Positions 35,001 to 44,344 of a stretch of DNA of 64,000 nt are shown in pieces. Both the position numbers and the translations under genes were made by a program. The DNA is from Candidatus Latescibacterota bacterium (GTDB taxonomy: Bacteria; Latescibacterota; UBA2968; GCA-2709665): NCBI GenBank assembly GCA_965226795.1, contig CBDDDZ010000005.1:2944001-3008000 (forward strand), written 5' to 3'. The notes beneath the pieces were generated by a model. The model was given only the letters and a program-made list of their open reading frames with translations. It searched no databases and had not been told where the DNA came from. Position 1 is the first letter of the stretch, and each line of letters starts with the position of its first letter.

Positions 35001-37185
35001 GCTCGTTCAGAATCTTGTCATCGGTATCCAGCTTCAGCGTACGGGTGTGGTCGCCGATCCAGATGCCGTCCGGGTCCTCATCGGTGGGGAGCACGGTGTA
35101 GGTGAAGACCAGGCTGTCGGCGCTGCTGGCGCCGGCGTCGTATGTCGCCCTTCGCCGGCTCTCTGCCTCGGTGTCGCCCGATTGGCCGAGGGAAAACTCA
35201 AACTCCGGGTCGCCGGACACGGTGACTTCCTGGTCGTAGGTGACGGCCATCTCGATGGTTTCGCCCGGCGTGTAGTAGATGTCGATGGCCGGATTCGAGG
35301 TGACCTCCACTCCGGTGATCCAGGGTCGGGCATCGACCTTGTGGGCGGAAAGTGTGTTGAGCGACCGGTGGTTGGTTCTCTGGTTCAGACCGTGCCCGTT
35401 CCGGATCGAGTCGTCCCCGTCCAGCTTGAGGGTGAGTGTGTGGTTGCCGATCCAGATGCCGTTGGGGTCCAGGTCGCCGGGGGCCACGACGTAGGTGAAG
35501 ACCAGGCTGGCGGCGCTGCTGGCGCCGGCGTCGTATGCCGCCCTTCGATCACCCGTTCCCGCGGCGGCACCCGGTGAGCTGAGCGAGAACTCGAACTCCG
35601 GGTCGCCGGACACGGTGACGACCTGGTCGTAGGTGACGGTGATCTCGATGGTTTCGCCCAGCCTGTAGACGTTGCCCGAGGCCGGACTCGAGGTGACCGC
35701 CACGCCGGTGATCCAGGGCCCGCCGTGGACCTTGTGGTTCGCCATCGTCTTCACAATGCAGTGATTCAGATCGGCGCTGCGGCCGGCGGCGTCCCGGACC
35801 GCGTCGGCGGCGTCGAGCAACAGCGTCTGAGTGCCGTCGCCGATCCAGATACCGTTGTCGTCCGCGTCGGTTGTCTGCACCGTGTAGGAGAAGACCAGGC
35901 TGGTAGTGGTGCTGCGCGCCGCGTCGTACGCCGCAGCGATCACCCGGCCTGAATTGTGGCCGGGGCCGTTGCCAAGCTTGAACCGGAACCGGGGGGTGCC
36001 GGAAACCGTCACCGGGTCCGTGAGGTTCACGGTGATCTCGATCGTCTCGCCCGAACTGTACCAGGTTCCGGCCTCCGGACTCGAGGTCACCCGGACGGGC
36101 TCCTCGACGAGGGGGATGCCATCGACCCGGTGGGGCCGCTGGTCGGCCACGGGGCCGTGGCCGAGGTCGGCGTCGGTCTGCGCGCCCTGGCGTCTGATGG
36201 TGCCGCTGAGGGCGTCAGCGGCGATGGAGACGCCGTCGTCGTCCCGGTCTCCGGCGGTCACGGTATAGGCGAAGGCCAGTTCGGTGGCGGTGCTCTCCAT
36301 CGCCTGGTAGGCGGCGTTCCGGGTGGCGGTCCCGATCGTGAGGGGCAGGACCGGGCTGCCGGACGCCGTCACGGGTTCGCTGAACGAGACCCTGGCGCTG
36401 ATCGCCTCCCCCACCTCGTAGTTGCCGTTGGCCGCCGGCGTGCTGGAAAAGTCGATGCCGTTGACGTAGGGAGGCGCGTCCGCAGCTATCGGACGCCCGT
36501 TGATTTCGATGATAAGACTCCTGTCAGTGGTTTTGCCCCAAGAGGTCCCAGGGTTTCGGAATAGAGCTTCGCCTGCGATACTCCATCCCGCGGCGCTCCC
36601 GGCGTCAACCACACCCCTATTGCTGCTGCTCGTATAGTGCCAACCAACGCCTTCGTATTTGGCCGCCGCAAGGAGGTAATAGGTCGTATTCGGCTCGAGC
36701 TTCATCGCCGGCGGCGCCTGGAAGGTCACAGGCCCATTACCGGGACTCGCCGGCGGATTCCGGAAGGTGAATCGCTCCCGGCCGGGTTGGCTGCTGCCGT
36801 CAAACAGCATGAGGGTGAATCCGTTGGGGTCGAAAGGTCCATTCAAACGGATGGACGCGGAATCGATCCGGTATCCCTGAGGGTGATCCCCGGTTGTGAA
36901 CCCCTGGGCTAACTCATCAATGGCCCCTCCGGCGAACAAATATGTAAATGACATTACCCAGTATTGGAAATTCCCGCCTGAGTCTATGTAATAGTCATGA
37001 TTACCAACCAGCATTTGAGGTTGCTGATCGCCGATCGTCAGTTGCCCGTGCGCAGGGGGCGCTGAAGAGGCGAGGACGGCCAGTGCCGCCAGGAGCGGCA
37101 GCGCCCGGAGGCGGCTGCGCGCAGGCCCGGTGGTGGATGCCGTGGGTTCGCGCCCAGCAGATTGCGGTTCTGATTCTGTTTTCAT
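24856..37185 (-). CDS. Giant surface adhesin-like protein (~3,980 aa reconstructed), interrupted as assembled
   Basis: Three ORF pieces (33331-37308, 25919-33388, 24856-26028) join into one frame after removing 33367-33398 and 26002-26362. Contains a signal peptide, Ig-like repeats, a cadherin-like beta-sandwich, 20 cadherin-like repeats, SRCR, Calx-beta, the linker PMPKEWIVRFGRTV and a barrel ending in Phe. Confidence 0.8.
26002..26362 (-). mobile_element. Internal fragment of IS1380-family transposase inside the adhesin gene
   Basis: YIDVDGT, GMDISYQGIWGYHPL, LFLVNRPGN, VRGDTDF; DNA matches 49560-49820; no IS termini or target duplication seen. Confidence 0.85.
27700..28030 (-). other. Scavenger-receptor cysteine-rich (SRCR) domain within the adhesin
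   Basis: LRLVDG...EGRLEVYHNGEWGTI.DD.W....VACRQLGY...IWLDDLQCTGDE..L.DC....WG.HN....EDAGLRC. Confidence 0.92.
28050..34200 (-). repeat. 20 tandem 306-bp (102-aa) cadherin-like repeats
   Basis: Unit LSITGL.D.SV.EN..W.SP.P.LTGTPIG.VTW..EG.D..DF.I...TG.LSMV.R.YE.P.D...DN.YEVTVKATD.DGN; the period is also shown by antisense shadow ORFs at 306-bp spacing. Confidence 0.93.
34540..36480 (-). repeat. About five ~130-aa Ig-like repeats
   Basis: V.VTS.P...Y..GE.I.I.V.Y...VTV.G.P...SLVFTYTV...D.DPDGIWIG; near-identical DNA at ~34700-34810 and ~35490-35600; one more copy at ~27350-27690. Confidence 0.8.
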
Positions 37186-37269
37186 GGTGGACTCTCTGGT
37201 CTTCAAACGCATACGTTTGGCCGGGATCGATCGCCCGGCGGAATCAGGCGGAGGCAGTGTACCCGCGCA

Positions 37270-37500
37270 CACGTTGACCGCTTCGCCAAAGCGCCTGGCG
37301 AAGATCACGAAATCGTTGAATCGAATCTCAGCCGCACGGTAATGCCGCTGGCATTCCGGATATCCGCGGCGAAGATTTGTATGGAAACAAGCTGTTCGAG
37401 TAGGACGTCGAGCGAGGAAACGACCTGGTTGCCGCCGGCGTCATTCAGGTCCGGGGCGAGGAAAAAGCTGCTTGGTTGCGTGGAGGGCGACCACAAGGCC
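37270..37500 (-). pseudogene. Remnant of a secreted cohesin-like/dockerin-like protein
   Basis: DLNDAGGNQ...IQIFAADIRNASGITVRLRFD abuts, in another frame, FNDFVIFARRFG, which resembles the EF-hand-like motifs at 10490-10640. Confidence 0.45.
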
Positions 37501-37784
37501 GACGCGGGTTTTCTTTTTTCAGGGATTCTCGGCCTTCGCAGAGTGACTTTGTTGCGGCTTGTCCGGTTCTCGATTTCATATATATTATATAACGTTCAAA
37601 GAAACCACTTTCTTTATGAAATTAGTGTGGTGTTTTTATAATTACGATGACATTTTGATGAAAATTCGATATCAGGTTCAAAATGGGAAAACGCAGGGAT
37701 GCAACGGTGGGAATCCGAACCTGTAACCGGGCGCCACGTGTTGACAAGATATCGGGATGGGTACCGCTGGAAAGGAAGAGGAGA

Positions 37785-40172
37785 ATGCAACCGACGGAGC
37801 GACTTCAAGAAGAGATAAGGCTGCTTCGGGATCGACAGTCCCGGATGAGCGAGGCGATTTTACGCATCAACGAAAGCCTTGAATTCGGAACGGTGTTACA
37901 AGGGGTCGTCGATAACGCCAGGTCTCTGACCGATGCAATGTACGGGATGATCATCCTCTGGGAAGAGACGGGACAGATAAAGGAGTGCCTCACGGCCGGA
38001 TTGACATTGGAAGAGTCCACGCAGGTATGGAGCTTTCCCGAGGGAGACGCGCTCTTCGAGTACCTCGGCAAGATTCAGGAGCCACTGCGGCTGCGCGACT
38101 TTCACCGCCACACCAGGGCGCTGGGCCTTCCCGAGTTCCGTCCGCCGATGCCCGTGAGTCCGTCCTTATCGTTTATGGCCTCGCCGATACGTCAAGGGGG
38201 CGAGCGGGTAGGGACCTTTTTTCTGGCCGAGAAGGAGGGTGGCCGGGAGTTTACCGTTGACGACGAAGAGACATTGGCGGTGTTCGCTTCCCAGGCGGCG
38301 TTGGTTATCGCCAATGCGCGGCGTTATCGGGATGAACAGCGTGCAAGGGCCGACCTCGAGGCCCTGATCGACACGTCCCCGGTGGGTGTCGTGGTTTTTG
38401 ACGCGAGGACCGGAGAGGTCGTGTCATTCAACCGGGAGGCGTCCAGAATTCTCGAGAACCTGCGCACCGAGGATCGTCCCACTGAGCAACTCCTGGAAGT
38501 GTTGACCATCCGGCGGGCTGACGGGCGCGAGGTATCTCTGGAGGAACGCTCCATGGCGCAGGTGCTCAGTGCCGGTGAGACGATCCGGGCCGAGGAGGTC
38601 GTTTTCCAGGTCCCCGACGGACGCAGGATAACCGTCCTGATTAACGCTACTCCCATTCGCCTGGATGACGGTGGTGTAGATTCCTTTGTGGTCACTCTGC
38701 AGGACATGACGCCACTGGAAGATTTGGAACGGCTCCGGGCGGAATTCCTTGCCATGGTAAGCCACGAGTTGCGAGCGCCGCTGGCCGCGATCAAGGGCTC
38801 CGCCGCCACGGTGCTGAGGGAAACCTTCGCCCTGGGCGTGCCCGAGATGCTCCAGTTCTTCCGCATTATAGACCAGCAGGCCGACCACATGGGCGGCCTG
38901 ATCAACGACCTGCTTGACGTAGCACGCATCGAGACTGGCGTCTTGCAGGTCAACCTTGAACAGACGTCCGTTAAAGGCATCGTGGAGGAGGCTCGAAACA
39001 CCTTTCTGGGCGGTACGGGCAGGAACAATATACACATTGAGTTGGAGCCGGAGCTTGCTCCCGTGATGGCGGAACGCCGTCGCATCGTCCAGGTTCTGGC
39101 CAATCTATTGTCCAACGCGGCGCGGAACTCGTCCGGAACTTCCCCAATTCAGGTAAGCGCCGCACGGGAGGGGGTCCACGTCGCAGTTTCGGTAACCGAC
39201 AAGGGCAGGGGAGTGTCCGCGGAGCGCCTGCCGCATCTGTTTCGGAAGTTCTCCCGGCTTGTTGGAGAGGAAGAAGCCGGGGACGATGTTGGTTTGGGCT
39301 GGGGCCTGGCCATCTGCAAGGGCATTGTGGAAGCCCACGGAGGCAGGATCTGGGCTGAAAGCGACGGGGTGGGCAGGGGAACCCGGTTCACCTTTACCAT
39401 TCCAATCGCTGAAGGCGTGGGATATCCCGCACCCGCCGGACCCGCACCGACACCCCGCAGCAAACCTGACAGGGTGCAGGGACAAACCCGAATCCTGGTT
39501 GTGGATGACGACCCTCAAACGTTGCGAAGCGTGCGGGTGGCCCTTTCGCGAGCCGGCTACGTTCCCGTTGTGACCGGCAACACGGACGAGGTATTGCTCC
39601 TTCTGGAAGAGCACCGTCCCGCCATTGTGTTGCTTGACCTGGTGCTGCCGGGGACCGACGGGATCGCATTGATGCAGGACATCTTCGAAAAAGCCGACGT
39701 GCCGGTCATCATCATTTCCGCTTACGGTCACGACGACGCGATTGCGCGGGCCTTCGACGCAGGAGCTTCTGATTACGTGGTCAAACCCTTCTCGCCGACA
39801 CAGCTGGCGGCCAGGATCAGGGCAACCCTGCGCAAGCAGACCGCCCTCAATCAGGCCGAACCGCAAAAACCTTATAAGCTGGGAGATCTGACGATCGACT
39901 ACCGCCTCCGCTCAGTAAACGTTGCCGGACGGTCGGTGCGGTTGACGAAAACCGAGTACCGACTGCTGACCGAACTTTCGGTAAGCGCCGGCGAGGTCGT
40001 GTTCTATCGGGATCTGCAAAGGCGTGTCTGGCGTATCTGGCGTCAGGATGACTTGAGGTCGTTGCGTTCCACCGTAAAGAACCTCCGCCGCAAGTTGGGG
40101 GACGACGCGAACAACCCCATCTACATTTTCAACGAACCCGGCGTTGGCTATCGCATGGGAATGGCTGAGTAG
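37785..40172 (+). CDS. Soluble hybrid GAF-PAS-HisKA-HATPase-REC-OmpR-type wHTH regulator (795 aa)
   Basis: FASQAALVIANAR (GAF end), PAS segment, VSHELRAPL, NLLSNA, DKGRG, GLGWGLAI, VVDDD..LLDL..KPFS, LRRKLGDDANNPIYIFNEPGVGYRM; no transmembrane segment; AGGAG upstream of the ATG. Confidence 0.92.
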   Translation: MQPTERLQEEIRLLRDRQSRMSEAILRINESLEFGTVLQGVVDNARSLTDAMYGMIILWEETGQIKECLTAGLTLEESTQVWSFPEGDALFEYLGKIQEPLRLRDFHRHTRALGLPEFRPPMPVSPSLSFMASPIRQGGERVGTFFLAEKEGGREFTVDDEETLAVFASQAALVIANARRYRDEQRARADLEALIDTSPVGVVVFDARTGEVVSFNREASRILENLRTEDRPTEQLLEVLTIRRADGREVSLEERSMAQVLSAGETIRAEEVVFQVPDGRRITVLINATPIRLDDGGVDSFVVTLQDMTPLEDLERLRAEFLAMVSHELRAPLAAIKGSAATVLRETFALGVPEMLQFFRIIDQQADHMGGLINDLLDVARIETGVLQVNLEQTSVKGIVEEARNTFLGGTGRNNIHIELEPELAPVMAERRRIVQVLANLLSNAARNSSGTSPIQVSAAREGVHVAVSVTDKGRGVSAERLPHLFRKFSRLVGEEEAGDDVGLGWGLAICKGIVEAHGGRIWAESDGVGRGTRFTFTIPIAEGVGYPAPAGPAPTPRSKPDRVQGQTRILVVDDDPQTLRSVRVALSRAGYVPVVTGNTDEVLLLLEEHRPAIVLLDLVLPGTDGIALMQDIFEKADVPVIIISAYGHDDAIARAFDAGASDYVVKPFSPTQLAARIRATLRKQTALNQAEPQKPYKLGDLTIDYRLRSVNVAGRSVRLTKTEYRLLTELSVSAGEVVFYRDLQRRVWRIWRQDDLRSLRSTVKNLRRKLGDDANNPIYIFNEPGVGYRMGMAE

Positions 40173-40360
40173 ACCGGACACCAGGCGTGGATGCCCGGAT
40201 CACCCGACATGCGGGAGCCAGGTGCGTGTCACGATGGATGATGGCAATTTGACCGCGGAAATACAGTGTTGAACTATCCGATAACGTGGCGGTGGCGCAA
40301 TTCCTTCGACAGTCCTGCAAAACGGAGCATCGGTATCAATGTTGCGCTGCCGGTTTTTCC

Positions 40361-40389
40361 TTGATTTTGCCGGGTCGTTTTGGTAGTAT
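40361..40389 (+). promoter_or_regulatory. Putative sigma70 promoter of tRNA-Ser(GCT)
   Basis: TTGATT-N17-TAGTAT with extended -10 TGn. Confidence 0.5.
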
Positions 40390-40412
40390 AAGGCCGGTTG
40401 TATTTACGACTC

Positions 40413-40505
<93 letters not shown>

Positions 40506-40682
40506 ATTTTTTAAATGCAGTGAGACGTAAGCGGTGAGAGGTCAACTCCACCCCGGACTTGCGTTGGCTCACGTAGGCGATTCGCTGATTTCGCCCCGAC
40601 AGATACACCAACGGCGCTGACATTCACGGTGTTATCGCCTCGCTTCTTACTTCCTACCACTAACTTCCAGCCGTTATCTTCG

Positions 40683-42122
40683 ATGTCCGACACTGTTTTG
40701 CGATTCGCACCTTCGCCTACGGGCGGATTTCACGTGGGCAACGCCCGTACGGCGCTCTTTAACTATCTATATGCGCGCCATTACGGCGGACGGCTGCATC
40801 TCCGCATTGAAGATACCGACCGGGACCGGTCTACCCGCGCGGCTCTCACGACCATCCTGGAAGGCCTGGACTGGCTGGGCATCGCGTTCGACGGCGAGCC
40901 GATCATCCAGTCGCACAATGCCGGGACGCACCGCTATGCGGTAGACCGGCTTCTGGAGACCGGACACGCCTATTATGCCTACGAGACACCGGAAGAGGTG
41001 CGCGCCATGCAGCACCGGGCGCAGACCGAGGGGCGGCGGGTTCGGTACAACCGGGATCTCGCGCCCGACGAGCGTGCGGCCCTCGAAACCGAAGGCCGGC
41101 CGAAAACGGTGCGCTTCAGGGTGCCCGAAGGCGAGACGGTCTGGCAGGATTCGATACGCGGCGTGCAACGATGGGATAACCACGAAGTCGAGGATTTCAT
41201 TATCCTGCGCGCGGACGGATCGCCGATTTACCACCTGGCGGTTGTGGTCGACGACCACAACATCGGGGTAACCCTGGTGATGCGTGGCGCCGAGCACCTG
41301 TCCAACACACCCAAACAGGTGATGCTCTTCCAGGCGCTGGGATGGAGCGTCCCGACCTACGCGCATACCACGTTGCTTCTCGGCCACGATGGGAGGAAAC
41401 TGAGTAAGCGACTGGGCGCAACGACCGTCACCGAATACCGGCAGCGGGGCATTCTACCCGAAGCCCTGGTCAATTTCATGGCGCTTCAGGGGTGGTCTCC
41501 CGGAGACGGCAGGGAGGTGTTCACCCGTGAGGAACTGGTTGAGGGATTCTCGGTTGAGGGAATGCTGAAGAAGAATGCGGTGTTCGACGAGCGAAAACTG
41601 GTTTGGCTGAACGGGGAGCACCTGCGGGCGAAACCGGCCTCCGAACTCCTGCGGGAGGCGGTGAATCGGTGGGTCGGCGCCGGCTGGTTAACAGCTGAAG
41701 ATGCCGAGACACAACAGGCGAGATTGCTGAGGGCCGTGGAACTGATGCAGCCGCGCATTCAAACCGTGAGTGACTTTTCGAATTACGGGTACTTTTTCCA
41801 CGATCCGGAAGTCTACGAAGAAAAAGCCCGAAAAAAACACTGGAAGATCGATACGCCTTCGCGGCTTGCGGCATTGATCGAGAGGCTGGAGGCGCTGACA
41901 GATTTCGACGAACGGGCGATCGAAGGCGCCACACGCACACTCTCAGGGCAACTGGGAATTTCGACGGGGAAATTGATCCACCCCACGCGCCTCGTGCTCA
42001 GCGGCACCGGCACGGGTCCGGGGCTTTTCGAAATGATGGCGGTTCTGGGTCGTGCAACCTGCATCCGGCGAATGAAGACGGGCCTGAAAAGGCTGGGGCA
42101 AAAGGAGACCGTTTCCCAATAG
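40683..42122 (+). CDS. gltX: Glutamate--tRNA ligase
   Basis: RFAPSPTG.FHVGN, LRIEDTD, VVVDDH, KLSKR, anticodon-binding helical domain. Confidence 0.95.
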   Translation: MSDTVLRFAPSPTGGFHVGNARTALFNYLYARHYGGRLHLRIEDTDRDRSTRAALTTILEGLDWLGIAFDGEPIIQSHNAGTHRYAVDRLLETGHAYYAYETPEEVRAMQHRAQTEGRRVRYNRDLAPDERAALETEGRPKTVRFRVPEGETVWQDSIRGVQRWDNHEVEDFIILRADGSPIYHLAVVVDDHNIGVTLVMRGAEHLSNTPKQVMLFQALGWSVPTYAHTTLLLGHDGRKLSKRLGATTVTEYRQRGILPEALVNFMALQGWSPGDGREVFTREELVEGFSVEGMLKKNAVFDERKLVWLNGEHLRAKPASELLREAVNRWVGAGWLTAEDAETQQARLLRAVELMQPRIQTVSDFSNYGYFFHDPEVYEEKARKKHWKIDTPSRLAALIERLEALTDFDERAIEGATRTLSGQLGISTGKLIHPTRLVLSGTGTGPGLFEMMAVLGRATCIRRMKTGLKRLGQKETVSQ

Positions 42123-42149
42123 ACTGACGATACGTACATCCGATGTGGC

Positions 42150-42223
42150 TGCCCCCTCGTCTAATGGCAAGACATGCGGCTCTGGACCGTAGTATCGGGG
42201 TTCGACTCCCTGGGGGGCAGCCA
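42150..42223 (+). tRNA. tRNA-Gln(CTG)
   Basis: TGCCCCC...GGGGGCA-G-CCA; tgcgg-ctCTGga-ccgta; GGTTCGACTCC. Confidence 0.95.
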
Positions 42224-42294
42224 GAATTTCATATTCAAGGGTCGTAAGTCGTCACTGCGGATAGACAACACTTACGGCCTTTTCCGTATGATTT

Positions 42295-42482
42295 TACTGG
42301 CCTTCCTGGCCAACTACGACGCGACCAAACATGCTATCCGGAACATCGTGGATATGCCCGACCGGCTGATTGACCTCTTCATTCGTTTTTGTTTCCAGAA
42401 CAACGGGCGCCTGCCGGCACGCAAGCCACTTTCCCGTTCTTGCGGATGAGGAAATCGATGCCATGGAACAGGCTGTGCAATT
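42295..42482 (+). pseudogene. C-terminal remnant of a Fic-family protein
   Basis: FLANYDATKHAIRNIVDMPDRLIDLFIRFCFQNNGRL, then frameshifted HFPVLADEEIDAMEQAV; recognised as a Fic C-terminal helical region; the catalytic part is absent. Confidence 0.6.
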
Positions 42483-42747
42483 CCCCTGGCTGATCACATC
42501 GCGACGATTGACGCCGCGCAACGTCTCAAGCGGTTGCACCGCGCGACGGTCCAGGTTTCCAGTCTTCAGTCATTCGGTCACTTATTGGATCAGGAACAGA
42601 ACTGACTTCCATTCGCCGAATTCCCTTCGACTGAAAAGAGAAAACAGGACAATGCACGCTTGTAGTGTGTTGTCCTGTTCTTATATCGATACGAGCGTAC
42701 ACGCCGTATCCGGATTGCAGAATTCGGGTCCGGCCGGTATCAAGCCA

Positions 42748-43551
42748 TTATCTGTACCAATATGCCCGTGAAATCTGTCGAAATTGTCCGGGGGTCATTC
42801 CCGCCTCTTTGCGAAAGGCTTCGGATAATCGACTTTGATTCTTGAAGCCGCATCGTGCCGCAATGACGTGCATGCGATCGCCCGTGGATCTGAGCATGCG
42901 CTTGGCCCTTTCGATCCGGTGATACCGCAGGCGATTTCGAAAGGATGTACCAAGCCGGTTGCGAAACAACCTCGAGACGTATGCAAGCGATAAATTGAAT
43001 TGCCTGCACAGATCGCTTCGACGAAGCACGGGATTGGAGGCATGTTCTTTCAGATACACGTCCATCCGGATCGCAAGTGTCTCCACGTTAGGGTACAGGC
43101 GATCGAGCGATTCGTGGATCGAGGCAAACAGTTCATCTTCGTTAACCGGTTTGACGAGGACATCCTGGGCACCGGCCTTCATCGCACCAACGGCTGTCTC
43201 GGTGGAGTCGGTGTCGATCAGGATGATGACGTCGGTGCGCAGGGATTCCTGCCATACGGTCCGCTGAATTTCCAGACCGTTAAGATCCGGCAGGTCGATG
43301 TTCAGGATGGCAATATCGACATGCGAGGTACGGATGAATTGGAGCGCCTCGCGACCGGAACGGGTTGTCTGTACACACCACGTCTCCGACGCCGCCCGGA
43401 TGATGTTCCACAGCCGCCCGCAAACCTTGGTGTCGCAATCCGCGACGAGGAATCTGATGCTCCTGCCCGGTTCCCGAGACGTTAGAATGTGGTTGGCTGC
43501 GATTGACACAATAAGAAATTTTCTATATATTTCCGGTCCTGAGAGTCGCAT
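42748..43551 (-). CDS. Receiver-domain/AraC-HTH transcriptional regulator (atypical receiver)
   Basis: Receiver fold (AVGAMKAGAQDVLVKP) plus AraC signature IAARCGFKNQSRLSEAFRKEAGMTPGQFR; start uncertain. Confidence 0.8.
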   Translation of the reverse strand: MRLSGPEIYRKFLIVSIAANHILTSREPGRSIRFLVADCDTKVCGRLWNIIRAASETWCVQTTRSGREALQFIRTSHVDIAILNIDLPDLNGLEIQRTVWQESLRTDVIILIDTDSTETAVGAMKAGAQDVLVKPVNEDELFASIHESLDRLYPNVETLAIRMDVYLKEHASNPVLRRSDLCRQFNLSLAYVSRLFRNRLGTSFRNRLRYHRIERAKRMLRSTGDRMHVIAARCGFKNQSRLSEAFRKEAGMTPGQFRQISRAYWYR

Positions 43552-44344
43552 CCTGTCCCCCGGCACAGAAGCGCCGGGGGACAAAAAGGTTGTGCGCCTT
43601 TCTGGTGGATAACCGTCGGTTTTCGACTTTGGCCGGTCAGGGAGCCGACGATTTCTTTATATCCGGCCGTACCGCAGACTTCCCTATCGGAAGCGTTGGG
43701 CGATGCGGCCCCGACGCCCTTGTTTCCGGTGACGAACCCTACGCCGGCTCCGCTTTCCTGATCATGAACACATCCGTTCCCGATGGTCGACTCGGACGAC
43801 GCGCATGCCGACACAGTATGGATATAGGTTGGCACGCGTCCCGTAGTGGGAACATGAGATTTGGTTATACCCATTGACAAAATTACAATATAACCCGGAA
43901 CCCGTGATCTGAATGTGGTATTAGAGTCCATTCTGGTGGAATTTCGATGAAAACCGCGCCTGTTCGACGCCATCGGACGCCCCGGTTGGACTCTGGAAGT
44001 CTATGGTCCGGAAGTTCTCGGCTGGTACGGCACCGGGTTCCAATATGATCGAGCCGCTTGACCGGACGGGAAAGTGGCGGACCAATTCGACGACTGACGT
44101 CCGGGCCGGCGATCCGAAGAGACAGTTCCCATTCCCTTCAACAGACGGCGAAATCGTTCCAGTGGTTGAACACGAACGCCGGTACACTCTCAGCGTGCGC
44201 GAAGCCACCAACTGGCGGATAAAGGGGCCGGAGGAGCGGCGACGCTACTGGGATTGCGGCCGTCAACACTGTATGGAAAAATGAAAAAACCGGGACTAAA
44301 AAATCAAATTGGTTAGCGTAGATCGTATATTTGATGACGGCGAA

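Noticed and set aside
40283..40296. Short match aacgtggcggt to tRNA-Ser(TGA) as a possible att site
   Set aside because: Only 11 bp, from the D/anticodon region rather than the 3' end, and no integrase is present.
43590..44290. Short ORFs between the AraC regulator and the deaminase
   Set aside because: No recognisable domain or consistent frame.
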